Origin: a virus
Taxonomy: Duplodnaviria; Caudoviricetes
DNA length: 64,000 nucleotides
Reading direction: 5' to 3' (one strand)
IMG/VR virus record: IMGVR_UViG_3300047159_000046
The position numbers were made by a program, and so were the translations under genes. The notes beneath the pieces were generated by a model. That model was given only the letters and a program-made list of their open reading frames with translations. It searched no databases and had not been told where the DNA came from. This document shows positions 52,001 through 62,142 of the stretch, in pieces. Each line of letters begins with the position of its first letter. The first letter of the stretch is position 1.

Positions 52001-52462
52001 TTATTTGGACTTTATCTCATCTATTATCTCTGGAAGGATATCACTTCTGTATTGTTTCCAATAATCAATACTGTTGATGGATGTTGAGTAATGATATTGA
52101 TATCCATTATTCAGCATCTCGATTTTCCACCTGTATTGTCTGCCGTGATACAACAAAGACGAAGGCTTGATATTTTTATTCCAGTCAATCTGCAGAACCA
52201 ATGGAGAATAAGGCAATAAATTGTTTCTGCTTAGTGAAATTCTTGACTGCGTTTCAGATACTATTGCCGATGTTCTGAAATGAAGAAAAGAGCAATCAGA
52301 ATCATTGACGAATTTAATCCCAAGGCTGCTTTCCATATCTTCGATAATCATTGATATATCGTTTATGGTAAAGCCGTCTTCGTTATTGTTGTATTCCGAT
52401 GCCCAGATCCCAACCAATGCACCTATGACAAAGGATGCTAAAATGAAAATTATAAGCCACAT
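52001..52462 (-). CDS. Membrane-anchored hypothetical protein
   Basis: N-terminal TM helix. Confidence 0.65.
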   Translation of the reverse strand: MWLIIFILASFVIGALVGIWASEYNNNEDGFTINDISMIIEDMESSLGIKFVNDSDCSFLHFRTSAIVSETQSRISLSRNNLLPYSPLVLQIDWNKNIKPSSLLYHGRQYRWKIEMLNNGYQYHYSTSINSIDYWKQYRSDILPEIIDEIKSK

Positions 52463-52467
52463 AAAAA

Positions 52468-52914
52468 CTACATGTTTGATTTTTTATTTATTTTGGATAA
52501 TTGTTTGTTAAAATCGAATCGTTCGAGGTCCTCTCTGGAAGAAAAAGAAAACTCCTTTTTTATACCATTGCAAATCAGAATAACATACAGGAATTTAGAT
52601 GCAGCATAATAACAGACGGTTATTGAAATGTTCTTGTTCTCTCCTAAATAGGTAAGCACTCTTTCCTCATTGGCCATTGATTTCAATATTCTTTTGAACT
52701 TTAAAAGGATATCACATTGGGAATATACAACAGACTGGATATGTTTCATAAAACTTCTGACCATCAGTTCGTTTATGGTTGCATGATATGAGCCAATCTT
52801 AGCCAGTATCTCATAAATTGATATGACACATAAAAAAAGTACACATAAAGAAATCACAATTAAATCTGTATTTGTTATCAACATTAATTTTATCATTTTA
52901 TCTTTTATTATCAT
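52468..52914 (-). CDS. Membrane-anchored hypothetical protein
   Basis: N-terminal hydrophobic segment; start uncertain. Confidence 0.6.
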   Translation of the reverse strand: MIIKDKMIKLMLITNTDLIVISLCVLFLCVISIYEILAKIGSYHATINELMVRSFMKHIQSVVYSQCDILLKFKRILKSMANEERVLTYLGENKNISITVCYYAASKFLYVILICNGIKKEFSFSSREDLERFDFNKQLSKINKKSNM

Positions 52915-52990
52915 GGTACATTGTGGTATCTATCAACGTACAGTCATGATGACATAACCAACAATAAATAGAACCAAAAATATAATAAAA

Positions 52991-53695
52991 TCAAGATAAT
53001 ACATTTCCTTTTATATCCTTGATGGCAGCATACACATCTTTAGTATTGAACACATAGTCCTCTCCAATAACTATTGTATGATGCTTGAAATTTACCCTGA
53101 ATGGGAACATATTGCTCAGCAAGAAATAATGGGTGATATTGATACAATCATCATTGCTGTTCTGTATGTTTATGAATGTCCTTTCTTTTTCCTCCTTTGA
53201 CAATAAAGCCAGTTGGGCAAGTTTTGACACGACTTCCACGTCTCTATTTTCATTATCCCTTTCTTTCAGCATTATATCTATACACTCTTGAAGTTGAGAT
53301 GGATTGCTTATGACTATTGGATCATTGTTAGCCGCCTTTATTCTCATCTGATGCAATATTGGTATAGACCATAATACCTCAATAAAATGGGAGCCTTTCA
53401 TCCAGCCATTCGCCAATTGTATAAATCCGACATTGTCATGGAATGTTTTTAATATATTCTGTTCCCATTCTTCTGCATGCTCAAAATCAAGGCTCTTGGT
53501 ATAATCAAAGATCACATCCTCTTTCCTTCCTGTTACTTGATTAAAAGAAATACAGACATCATGTGGCTGCCCATTATACTCGGAAATTATAGTGCACTCT
53601 TTTTTGCTGTTAAGGTTCAGCATGTGATTGTTTATTTCTATATCATAGAACAGTTTGGAGCCATTTAAGACCTCAACACTTTTTATATCTAACAA
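52991..53695 (-). CDS. Hypothetical protein
   Basis: 234-aa ORF; the true start may lie upstream across a frameshift. Confidence 0.6.
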   Translation of the reverse strand: MLDIKSVEVLNGSKLFYDIEINNHMLNLNSKKECTIISEYNGQPHDVCISFNQVTGRKEDVIFDYTKSLDFEHAEEWEQNILKTFHDNVGFIQLANGWMKGSHFIEVLWSIPILHQMRIKAANNDPIVISNPSQLQECIDIMLKERDNENRDVEVVSKLAQLALLSKEEKERTFINIQNSNDDCINITHYFLLSNMFPFRVNFKHHTIVIGEDYVFNTKDVYAAIKDIKGNVLS

Positions 53696-53999
53696 TCCGC
53701 ATTTTTCCGAAGCAATAACATTTTTTCTTTAGTCTTTTTCATTTATCTTGTTTGTTTTTGATATTACTTAAATCATCTTTTTTGGCAAAAAAGTCATCAT
53801 CTTTATTCCGTTGGTGAAATCGTTCCATGTCTTAATCAGTTGCTCGCCTGATAAGGAATTAAACCATTTCTCCATTTCATCTATAAACGTTTTTTTCATT
53901 TTGTGCTTGTTTTATTTTTCACAAATATACAAAATTATTTTGATAATTAAAAAATATATCATATATTTGTGATTATTAAAATTAATTGTTTCAAACATT

Positions 54000-54431
54000 A
54001 TGAGAATAAAAACGATTCTTAGAAAGACGATTGTCAACAAGGACAAAAGAACATGCGTGGCTGTCTATTATTGCCATGTTTATACCATTCTTCCAGAACT
54101 TGAATTCGATTGTGTGGATCTGGTCGAAAAGAAATCAGAAACCAAACGACTGAATGTGAAAAAATTATGGGATGGATTCGATTTTACGGTTACAGGAATA
54201 GCCAAATGCCATGAAAGCGATACCTTCGATGAAAAGAGAGGACTCGAAATTGCAGAACAAAAGGCATTGATAAAAGCGTATAACAAAGCCGAATCCATAT
54301 TCAAATATGAAACACAAAAGGCACAAAAGATAATGTATGGATATGCCAAACTTACACAAGATATGTACGAAAAAGGACATGCAGCTTGGGTGAAATTAGG
54401 AAAAGCAATGAACGTTCCAATGCCAGATTGA
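54000..54431 (+). CDS. Phage protein with AKCxxxDxFDxxxG domain
   Basis: GIAKCHESDTFDEKRGLEIA; promoter TATATTTG at ~53962. Confidence 0.75.
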   Translation: MRIKTILRKTIVNKDKRTCVAVYYCHVYTILPELEFDCVDLVEKKSETKRLNVKKLWDGFDFTVTGIAKCHESDTFDEKRGLEIAEQKALIKAYNKAESIFKYETQKAQKIMYGYAKLTQDMYEKGHAAWVKLGKAMNVPMPD

Positions 54432-54694
54432 TTTTATCTCTAACATATAAAAAAACGGGATTGATTGTTTTATATCGGTCCCGATTTTTTTAATTTGTAA
54501 CAATACCACTAATCTGGATGATGAAGATGAATAACACATTTTCATATTTGATATAACAAACAAGCGGAGGAACGTAACGGTTTTTCCGCTTTTTTGTGTA
54601 AATATTTTGACATTGTTTTACGTCTGGCACGGTGTTTGCGGGGGGGGCGAATTATCATAATTTTGCAGATATTTATAGGAAAGGAAATAAAAAT

Positions 54695-55083
54695 ATGAGA
54701 AGAGTAAGACTAACGGAGGGACAGCTCCACAGAATAATTAGAAACGCTGTCAACGAGGCAATGTGAGGATGATATGTCAGGGGATGAAGATGTTCAGCAA
54801 AGACGAGACAAAATAGTTGAAACACTAAAAAAAGAAGGATATGATGCTTCGTAGGGATGGATACGGATTTCGAGCACCGAATAAATTCAGTGTATTTAGA
54901 TGTGTATATGACTACATGGATCAAGAGGAGGAGAAATGGGCTCAGGGAATTGTGGATAGATTTCATTTGAAAAAATACATGATTGTGGGATCCATGGCAG
55001 GATTATCAGAGTGGGAGATGGGAAGCAGATTGAAGATGGAGGTTATGCTCCTTATCAATGAGACTTTTATCTTTGATTTATAA
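54695..55083 (+). pseudogene. MRRVRLTEGQLH-leader protein with several frameshifts
   Basis: Leader MRRVRLTEGQLHRIIRNAVNEAM is followed by TGA; the body continues in shifted frames. Confidence 0.65.
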
Positions 55084-55178
55084 CTAATAAAATAAAGATT
55101 AATTGTCTATTTAGGCTTTTATTAATTTGCAAAAAAAACAAGCGGAGAAACGTAACTATTCCTCCGCTTTTTTCATTA

Positions 55179-55463
55179 TTACGAATCACTCTCCATATCA
55201 ATCATTTTATTCAAAGACTCTTTTATTTCCTTGTTGGTAGAGAATGAATGAACAACTCTCTTGAAATCTATCTTTCCATTATTCTCAACAAACAAATCAG
55301 CATCCTTGTCGTTGATATGATATAGATGGATTTTGATGTTCTGTTTTTTATGGGGACAGAATACAATTTCATCAGAACCATCTCCACTAACCGAAACATC
55401 GCCGTAGATGCCATTTAAATTCGTTTTAACGCACTCTTTGATATTGTCAAACCAGTTATTCAT
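55179..55463 (-). CDS. Hypothetical protein
   Basis: 94-aa ORF. Confidence 0.65.
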   Translation of the reverse strand: MNNWFDNIKECVKTNLNGIYGDVSVSGDGSDEIVFCPHKKQNIKIHLYHINDKDADLFVENNGKIDFKRVVHSFSTNKEIKESLNKMIDMESDS

Positions 55464-55473
55464 ATTTTTAAAA

Positions 55474-56329
55474 TTAATCGATTATAAATGAAATTAAAAT
55501 TTGATTTCATTATCTGTTGTTATATTGTTAATTTTTCTTTCTATAAGAGATATGTAATCAGGATTTAGTTCGTAACCTATGGCTCTTACGTCCCAATTCT
55601 ATTGCAGCTTTCATTGTCGTACCAGTTCCCGCAAACGGGTCTAAAACAGTATCTCCCCAAAAGCTATATAAGTTTTATCAGACGTTTGGGTAATTCGATA
55701 GGGAATGGAGCTGGATGACCTTCCAATTTAGCTTTGGCTGGTTGAATATCCCAAATAGAATTAATCGCCCATTTTTGCCATTCTTCTGAAGTCAATTTAC
55801 TTTTAGTCTTTATGTCAACACTTACAGGATCTCTTTTTCCTGCTTTGGAAAATACTGTAATCCATTCGTAAGGATAAGTCGAAAATATATTAGGTGGATA
55901 TGGATAACTTCCAAAAGAGCTGAATCTTCCTACCTTTCTCTTGTCCCATATATAAAGTCCAAACTGAAACATACATCCAGTTGAATCCATGAATTGTTCA
56001 ATATCTCCAAGGACCAGCTTTGTTTCTCTTCTTTCAAATCGTGCGTTTTTACCCGTTAAAAGAAAAGGCATGATATTTATACATATCTTTCCATCTGGTG
56101 CCAATACCCTAACGCATTCAGACCATACATTATTTAATGATTCAATATATGATTCATAAGAAGAACTGCCTTTACCTATTTGTCCTTTAACATCATAATC
56201 TTTCAAGGTCCAATAAGGAGGACTGGTAACAATCAGATTGACACTATTGTCTTGTATTTCTGACATATATGTAGAATCCCCTAAATACAATAGGGAATCT
56301 TTATTTCTTAATTGAATTGCTTTATTCAT
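55474..56329 (-). pseudogene. Beta-class N4-C/N6-A DNA methyltransferase with two +1 frameshifts
   Basis: IVTSPPY and HPAPFP motifs; [13 protein letters not shown] and IGYELNPDY lie downstream in shifted frames. Confidence 0.85.
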
Positions 56330-56437
56330 ATTTTTAAAATTAATCGATTATAAATGAAAATTAAGATTTCAGCCTTATTAAAAACTCAACATAATATTAT
56401 TATGTCTCCAATCTTGTTTAAAGATTTGTTTTTAATA

Positions 56438-56755
56438 CGGCAACAGACCAATAAATACCTATTGTCAATTGTTTAAAGAGCAATTCTGAAACACAGTTCC
56501 AAATACTCTATCAAAAATGCTATTTTTCAAAAAAATAAGAACATAACCATAATGTTACACTCCTCCGTCTTTTACAAGACTTTTTTGAAACGACAACAGA
56601 CCAACAAAGACCTGTTGTCAATTGTTTAAAGAGCAATTCTGAAACACAGTTTCAAACACTCTATCAATTTCATGATTATTTTTCAAAAAGTAAGAACGTA
56701 ACCATAAGGTTACACTCCTCTGTCTTTTACGAGACTTTTTTGAAACGACAACAGA
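56438..56755 (-). repeat. Tandem duplication (153/155 bp) of a putative omegaRNA scaffold at the tnpB 3' end
   Basis: CAACAGA recurs at 56441, 56594 and 56749; each unit has nested inverted repeats. Confidence 0.8.
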
Positions 56756-58320
56756 ACCTCCTTCACCTTATCTCTTTTCATTTTCTTGGGTTCAAAAGCT
56801 CCATTATCACGTTTTTTTAAGAGTGAATTCCGCAACACAGTTACGAGCACTCTGTTTCTTATATTAATGGCTGCGTTGATATCCGCATTCATCTCGTGAC
56901 CGCAATCAACACATTTGAAATGTTCCTGACATTTTCTATTGTCGTCATCTATGCAACCGCATACAGGACACATTTTGGAAGTATAACTGGCATGAACGGT
57001 CGATATGGCAATATTGTATTTTCTGGCGATATGTTCAAACTCATCTTTGAGAGAGGAAATATTCAGAACACTTACAATTCTATTGAAGTTGATGTCTGCA
57101 TTGTCCGAATCGTGTACAAATGATTTTCCGAATCCGTTATCCAGATTTTCCATAACCACTTGACCTATATGCTTATCTTTAAGATACTTGCAAACATCAA
57201 CAATGATACGCTGGTTTTGATGATGTATTTTATAACGTATTTTATCAATCTTTGCCTGTCTTTTCTTTCCTATCTGGTAAGACGGACATCTTGATTTAAT
57301 GGTATCCAGTTTTGTCATTTCGTCACAATAATCTTTAAGAAGTGTTCTGTCATAATCGAATACAGAGCCATCAGACAAAGAAAAAAGATTGTGTTTTATG
57401 TTCACATCAATTCCCATGGTCATTGTGTTATCAGACACTTCTGGCAGATATCTGTCCCCATCTACGCAAAAGAGGATTCTTACCTGCTTCTTGATATCAT
57501 CAAGATGTATTTTATAATATGTCGTATTCAATTTCTCATATCTTTTCATATCTCCATGATAATCAGAAGAATAAGACACTGGAATACTGCATATAACATG
57601 TCTCGATATACAAAGATTTACAAAAGCATTAATATTTGAATTATAATTCTTATTATAAGATATAAGATTGTTCAATCCGCTTTTGATACTAAAAGTAAGA
57701 GATTTAAATACGATAGGATAATGACTATACCGATCCATTACAAGTGTCTTATGATCTTGCGCTATACGGAAAAGTCTGTCAAATCCGAACTTGCCGATAT
57801 GATTCAAAATGTTCTGATAGAACTTCTTCTTGTTTTCATCAGCAGACTTTATTGATGTGTTGATAAAGTCCACGGTTGATTCCCGTCCATATTTAGCCAG
57901 ATAGGACAATGTAATGGAAAGAGGAGTCGTTTCATCCTTTCTGATTATCTTTTTGATTTCACCTATCTTATGTCCGTTGGAAGTTCTCTTGTATCTTTCA
58001 AATCCAGAACACACCGTATGAACAAATTTCATCTTGTTGTTTATGGCCTCAAATTTGTTCTGATAAGCTACATATACCTCATCAATCGCCATTGCATAAA
58101 AAGCGGATTCCAATTCAATCTTATTATAATTGTTTCTTATGAATTTGGAAAACTCAAACTTGTTCATATCCAAAAAATCATTCAGATTGGCATTAACATA
58201 TACCGAAAGCTCATTTTTGAACTTGATAATCTCAATCGCCTTGGCGTGAATCTTGTCATATTTTGAACGTGTAAGAGAATTGCTTACAAAAATTTTGGTG
58301 TATTTGCTATGCTCAATCAT
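56710..58320 (-). CDS. tnpB: TnpB/Cas12f-like RNA-guided endonuclease
   Basis: RuvC motifs GIDVN, VVMENL and NADINAAINI; YTSKMCPVCG...FKCVDCG zinc finger. Confidence 0.92.
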   Translation of the reverse strand: MIEHSKYTKIFVSNSLTRSKYDKIHAKAIEIIKFKNELSVYVNANLNDFLDMNKFEFSKFIRNNYNKIELESAFYAMAIDEVYVAYQNKFEAINNKMKFVHTVCSGFERYKRTSNGHKIGEIKKIIRKDETTPLSITLSYLAKYGRESTVDFINTSIKSADENKKKFYQNILNHIGKFGFDRLFRIAQDHKTLVMDRYSHYPIVFKSLTFSIKSGLNNLISYNKNYNSNINAFVNLCISRHVICSIPVSYSSDYHGDMKRYEKLNTTYYKIHLDDIKKQVRILFCVDGDRYLPEVSDNTMTMGIDVNIKHNLFSLSDGSVFDYDRTLLKDYCDEMTKLDTIKSRCPSYQIGKKRQAKIDKIRYKIHHQNQRIIVDVCKYLKDKHIGQVVMENLDNGFGKSFVHDSDNADINFNRIVSVLNISSLKDEFEHIARKYNIAISTVHASYTSKMCPVCGCIDDDNRKCQEHFKCVDCGHEMNADINAAINIRNRVLVTVLRNSLLKKRDNGAFEPKKMKRDKVKEVLLSFQKSLVKDRGV

Positions 58321-58606
58321 TTGATATTTAATGATATTGTTTTAAATTCGATGCAAAGATACAAAATAATTTCAAAAAAACAATAGAATTTATATAAAAA
58401 AATAAAAACACTACTATTTTTTAATAGAGGAAAGATAAAGACGAGAGGATAAACTGAATGTCCGAGTGGAATATATCAAACTAATATACTACACATAGCA
58501 ATTATATGCAATTCGGTTTTAAAACTCGGACATAATAGAAACTTGATGTTGTGAAACATTCAGTTTTTTTAAACCATGTGGTTCGAGAGAATAGCATGGT
58601 TTTTTT

Positions 58607-59695
58607 TTATTTATCCGATTTCTGTCTGTTACAGGACACACATAACATCTGGCAATTCTCCCTTACCGTATGTCCTCCCTTTGACCATGGAATTTTATGG
58701 TCTGCCTCCATATCCTCTTCCTTGAAATATCCTCCACATATAGGACACATTCCCCCCTGTGCCTCATAGGCAGCCAGACGGTCACCAATACCGAATTTTC
58801 TTATGCTAAGAAATTTCTCTTTCCCTGTTATCAAATATGAATATATTCCGCTCTTAGATGTCACATCGTCATCCACTATAAGACGTTTTACCTCTGATTT
58901 TAAGAATCCCGTATCAAAATCCTTATCACCATAATCATTATACAATATTCCCCATTCAACATTTTTCTGCAACTTGGCTTTCTTTTCAAACAGTGTATCA
59001 ACCCATGTGCATACAGAGTTGAAATATCTGTATAACGGAGCGGCATTCTGGTCATGCTGATGAATGGCCATATAATCCTCTATATCAATATGTTCTTTTG
59101 CTGATGCCCATTTAAGTACCGTTTCAAGATAATCCTGACGTTCCACGGAGCCATTCATATAATCGCTTCCCACCTTATATGCCACACAGTCCTTTTTGCA
59201 AAAGAATTTCTTGGCATCTGTCAACCACTCTCCTGTATATGAAGCATTCCTTAGTTCCTGATCGTTCAATGATTTTCCTGCGATATTGATTACCTTGAAC
59301 CATTCAAGACGCTCTTTCGGTGAACCGTCACAGAAATATATCTGCAATTTATAGTCCAGAATCTGATTCTTCTCCTCTTCTGTAAGATTGCTGAACAGCT
59401 TGTGTTCAAAAGTAAAATCATCATGGACATATCTGCATATACTTATACTGCGTTGCTGTCCGTCAAGAACCTCGTACCTGTCACCATTAACCGCCCAGTA
59501 CATAACATTAAGAGGAAAATTGTTAACAACGGTATTGACCACGGCATCCCTATCAGCATCCTTATATACGAATTCCCTCTGATAGGCAGGTCTGATATCC
59601 AGATTGCCTTTATATCCAAATACTCCCTCTTCGTTCTTGTCAATAAATCCATCTGATAAATCCCTTACAGATATTTCATGCAATGTTATTTTCAT
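58607..59695 (-). CDS. DUF262 (GmrS/ParB-like) plus HNH endonuclease
   Basis: RPAYQREFVY and EVLDGQQR; CPICG..EADHKIPWSKGG...NCQMLC..CN. Confidence 0.9.
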   Translation of the reverse strand: MKITLHEISVRDLSDGFIDKNEEGVFGYKGNLDIRPAYQREFVYKDADRDAVVNTVVNNFPLNVMYWAVNGDRYEVLDGQQRSISICRYVHDDFTFEHKLFSNLTEEEKNQILDYKLQIYFCDGSPKERLEWFKVINIAGKSLNDQELRNASYTGEWLTDAKKFFCKKDCVAYKVGSDYMNGSVERQDYLETVLKWASAKEHIDIEDYMAIHQHDQNAAPLYRYFNSVCTWVDTLFEKKAKLQKNVEWGILYNDYGDKDFDTGFLKSEVKRLIVDDDVTSKSGIYSYLITGKEKFLSIRKFGIGDRLAAYEAQGGMCPICGGYFKEEDMEADHKIPWSKGGHTVRENCQMLCVSCNRQKSDK

Positions 59696-59733
59696 GTTTT
59701 ATTTATTTTATTTGATTGTTTGCTTGTTCTTTT

Positions 59734-60069
59734 TCAGATATTAGGGAAAGTGGTTACACAACAGGAATGTACCTCTGAATATATTCTGTTTTGTATATGT
59801 TCTGGTAAATCGTTGTAATTCTTTATTTTAATATTCATATTGAGATCTTCTCCGTCATATTCCAATTCTGGCTCTTCGTATTCCATGGCAGGACAATCCT
59901 TTTTGATATCAGCCAAAGCGGAATTTACCTTAAAAACCTCCTTCTCGGCTTCTTTTAGAGGAGTGTTTTCTCTTTGTAACTGTTCAAGTTCATTCTTTAT
60001 CGCTTTATTCTCATTGACAATAGACTGTATTTCTTTCATCAATGAAGACGTATGTTCATTATTGTTCAT
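59734..60069 (-). CDS. Coiled-coil hypothetical protein
   Basis: Lies between the MTase and nuclease genes. Confidence 0.6.
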   Translation of the reverse strand: MNNNEHTSSLMKEIQSIVNENKAIKNELEQLQRENTPLKEAEKEVFKVNSALADIKKDCPAMEYEEPELEYDGEDLNMNIKIKNYNDLPEHIQNRIYSEVHSCCVTTFPNI

Positions 60070-60071
60070 AT

Positions 60072-61040
60072 TTATTTTGCCTTATTATTTGTTCTTTTTA
60101 TGAATATTCGTGTAAACGGAAATTTGATATTGTTTTTAGAATCAATTATATAAACATATCTCATGGAAGGAGATATATGAGTTTTATTACCAGATTCCTT
60201 GACTTTATGACAAATATCAGCCCCAATCTGTTCGATACCTAATTGTTTACATATTTCCATATCAGCTGAGTATCCGATAATATCAAATTCAGTATAGTTG
60301 AAATGAAAGAACGATATCGGTACTCCCATGATGCCATCATAATCAACAGGGATATCTTTTAAATTATTTATGTCAATTGCCTTACTATAATTGGCATAAT
60401 GGATATAATTGTATTTACAATAATATTTTATAATTGGCAATTGTTCCTTTTTAGATAAGACTGGGAATGTGGTAAACCATACCACGTTACCAAACTTGAT
60501 ATCCTCATTGGTGATAGACATAAAAGATTTTGCACCATTGTTGAATCCTATAAACAAACGTTTTTGCATCATAAAACGGAATATATCTTTTGAAGAAACC
60601 TGATTCATATTTCCCAAAACAATAAAATCCTTTTTATTCTGCATCATCAATGATACATATTCTCTGAATAAAGAGAAAGGAGGATTAGTAACAACTATGT
60701 CAGCCTGTTTCAACAGATTTATACACTCTTCGCTTCTAAAGTCGCCATTTCCATTTAAAAATGCCGTTGAATTGCAGGAGTCATAACAATAACCTGTACC
60801 TCCACTTCGATAACCAGTGACAATTAATCTTTTCAATTTCAATGTGTTATAATTATTTTTGAAATACAACACGAAATTTGATTGTAAACAATCATCATAC
60901 ACATCACAATTACAATAAACCGTTTTGTCAGCAAAATATTCAGAATAATAGCACAATTCTTTCTCTATGTCTATCATTCTGGTATAGAATTCATCATTCT
61001 TTTCCACTTTTGCTTTTATAAGTGATATATTATGACTCAT
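60072..61040 (-). CDS. EcoRI-family adenine-specific methyltransferase
   Basis: KNDEFYT, YCNCD, GDFRSEEC, VVTNPPFSLFREY and YDGIMGVPISF motifs. Confidence 0.9.
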   Translation of the reverse strand: MSHNISLIKAKVEKNDEFYTRMIDIEKELCYYSEYFADKTVYCNCDVYDDCLQSNFVLYFKNNYNTLKLKRLIVTGYRSGGTGYCYDSCNSTAFLNGNGDFRSEECINLLKQADIVVTNPPFSLFREYVSLMMQNKKDFIVLGNMNQVSSKDIFRFMMQKRLFIGFNNGAKSFMSITNEDIKFGNVVWFTTFPVLSKKEQLPIIKYYCKYNYIHYANYSKAIDINNLKDIPVDYDGIMGVPISFFHFNYTEFDIIGYSADMEICKQLGIEQIGADICHKVKESGNKTHISPSMRYVYIIDSKNNIKFPFTRIFIKRTNNKAK

Positions 61041-61093
61041 TGTTTTATGTTTATAACCACAAATATAATACTATTTTTTATCTTATGCAAATA

Positions 61094-62125
61094 TTATTTA
61101 ATCTTTCTTATCAAAATACGAGCATACAATAGCTTTATATAGCCTTCCCTGTTAGATGATGTATAATATACTTTGCCTGCTGGCTTGTCATTCCACAATA
61201 AACAAGGAGCAGTATTTATTTTGCTTCCGTTAGAAGTGGTCCCATCTGGATTGTTTTGTAACGTATTTTCATACCTAAAAGATGGTCCCATTCCCAAATC
61301 AAAGCGGCCCTGGGTTATTCCCAATATTTCAAACTGTTTGGGGTTGTATTTGTCAAGAAATGTGATAGGTACACCCATAACACCATCATAATCCTCTGGT
61401 ATATCACAAGTCTTGTCAACATTTATGGCGTCATAATTATCGTACTTCGGATATTCCTCTGGTGTGTATTTTCTGAACAATATAAGTTCCTCATTATGTT
61501 TTGATATCGGCAGAGTGGTATACCAAAATATATTTCCGAATTTTTGTTCCGTTCCTGCTGGAGTTTTGAAAGTCTTGTTGCCATTAAGATAACCTAATCC
61601 GATTCTGTTTTCTTTGATATACGGAAACACTTCTTTATACGTTATCGCATTCATGTTCCCCAGTATAACGAAATCTTTATTGTTATCCATAAGTACCTTG
61701 ACATATTCTCGAAACAGAGAGAACGGAGGATTTGTGACCACAATATCCGCCTGCTTCAACAGCTCGATACATTCATCGCTTCGGAAGTCGCCATCGCCGT
61801 TGAGCTTTCTAACATCTTTCTCTATTTCCTTGCTAATATCAATCGACTTCGGATCCACTGTAGCGAAATTAGAATCCCAATAAAGTCCACAACCTACTGA
61901 ATTATAGGCAGTTACAATAATACGCTTTAAGTGTAGAATATTGAACCGCATATAAAATCATTGAACGAAGTTTGATTTTACGGGATCATCGCAGTTGCAG
62001 TATATGGTTTTTCCGACAAACATATCCTTGTAGTGCATCAACTCTTTCTCAATATCTGTAAGTCGTGTAAAGAATTCATCATTCTTGTTTTTCTTTGCAT
62101 TGCTTAAATTTATATTTTTGCTCAT
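61094..62125 (-). pseudogene. EcoRI-family adenine methyltransferase with an internal TGA at a Trp codon
   Basis: Starts MSKNINLSNAKKNKNDEFF at 62125; TGA at 61958-61960 where the paralogue has TGG. Confidence 0.85.
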
Positions 62126-62142
62126 TATTATTATATGTTTTA

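Noticed and set aside
61958-61960. TGA-to-Trp recoding
   Set aside because: This is a single instance, and TGA is a normal stop elsewhere (40236, 40406, 37355). A point mutation or sequencing error is simpler.
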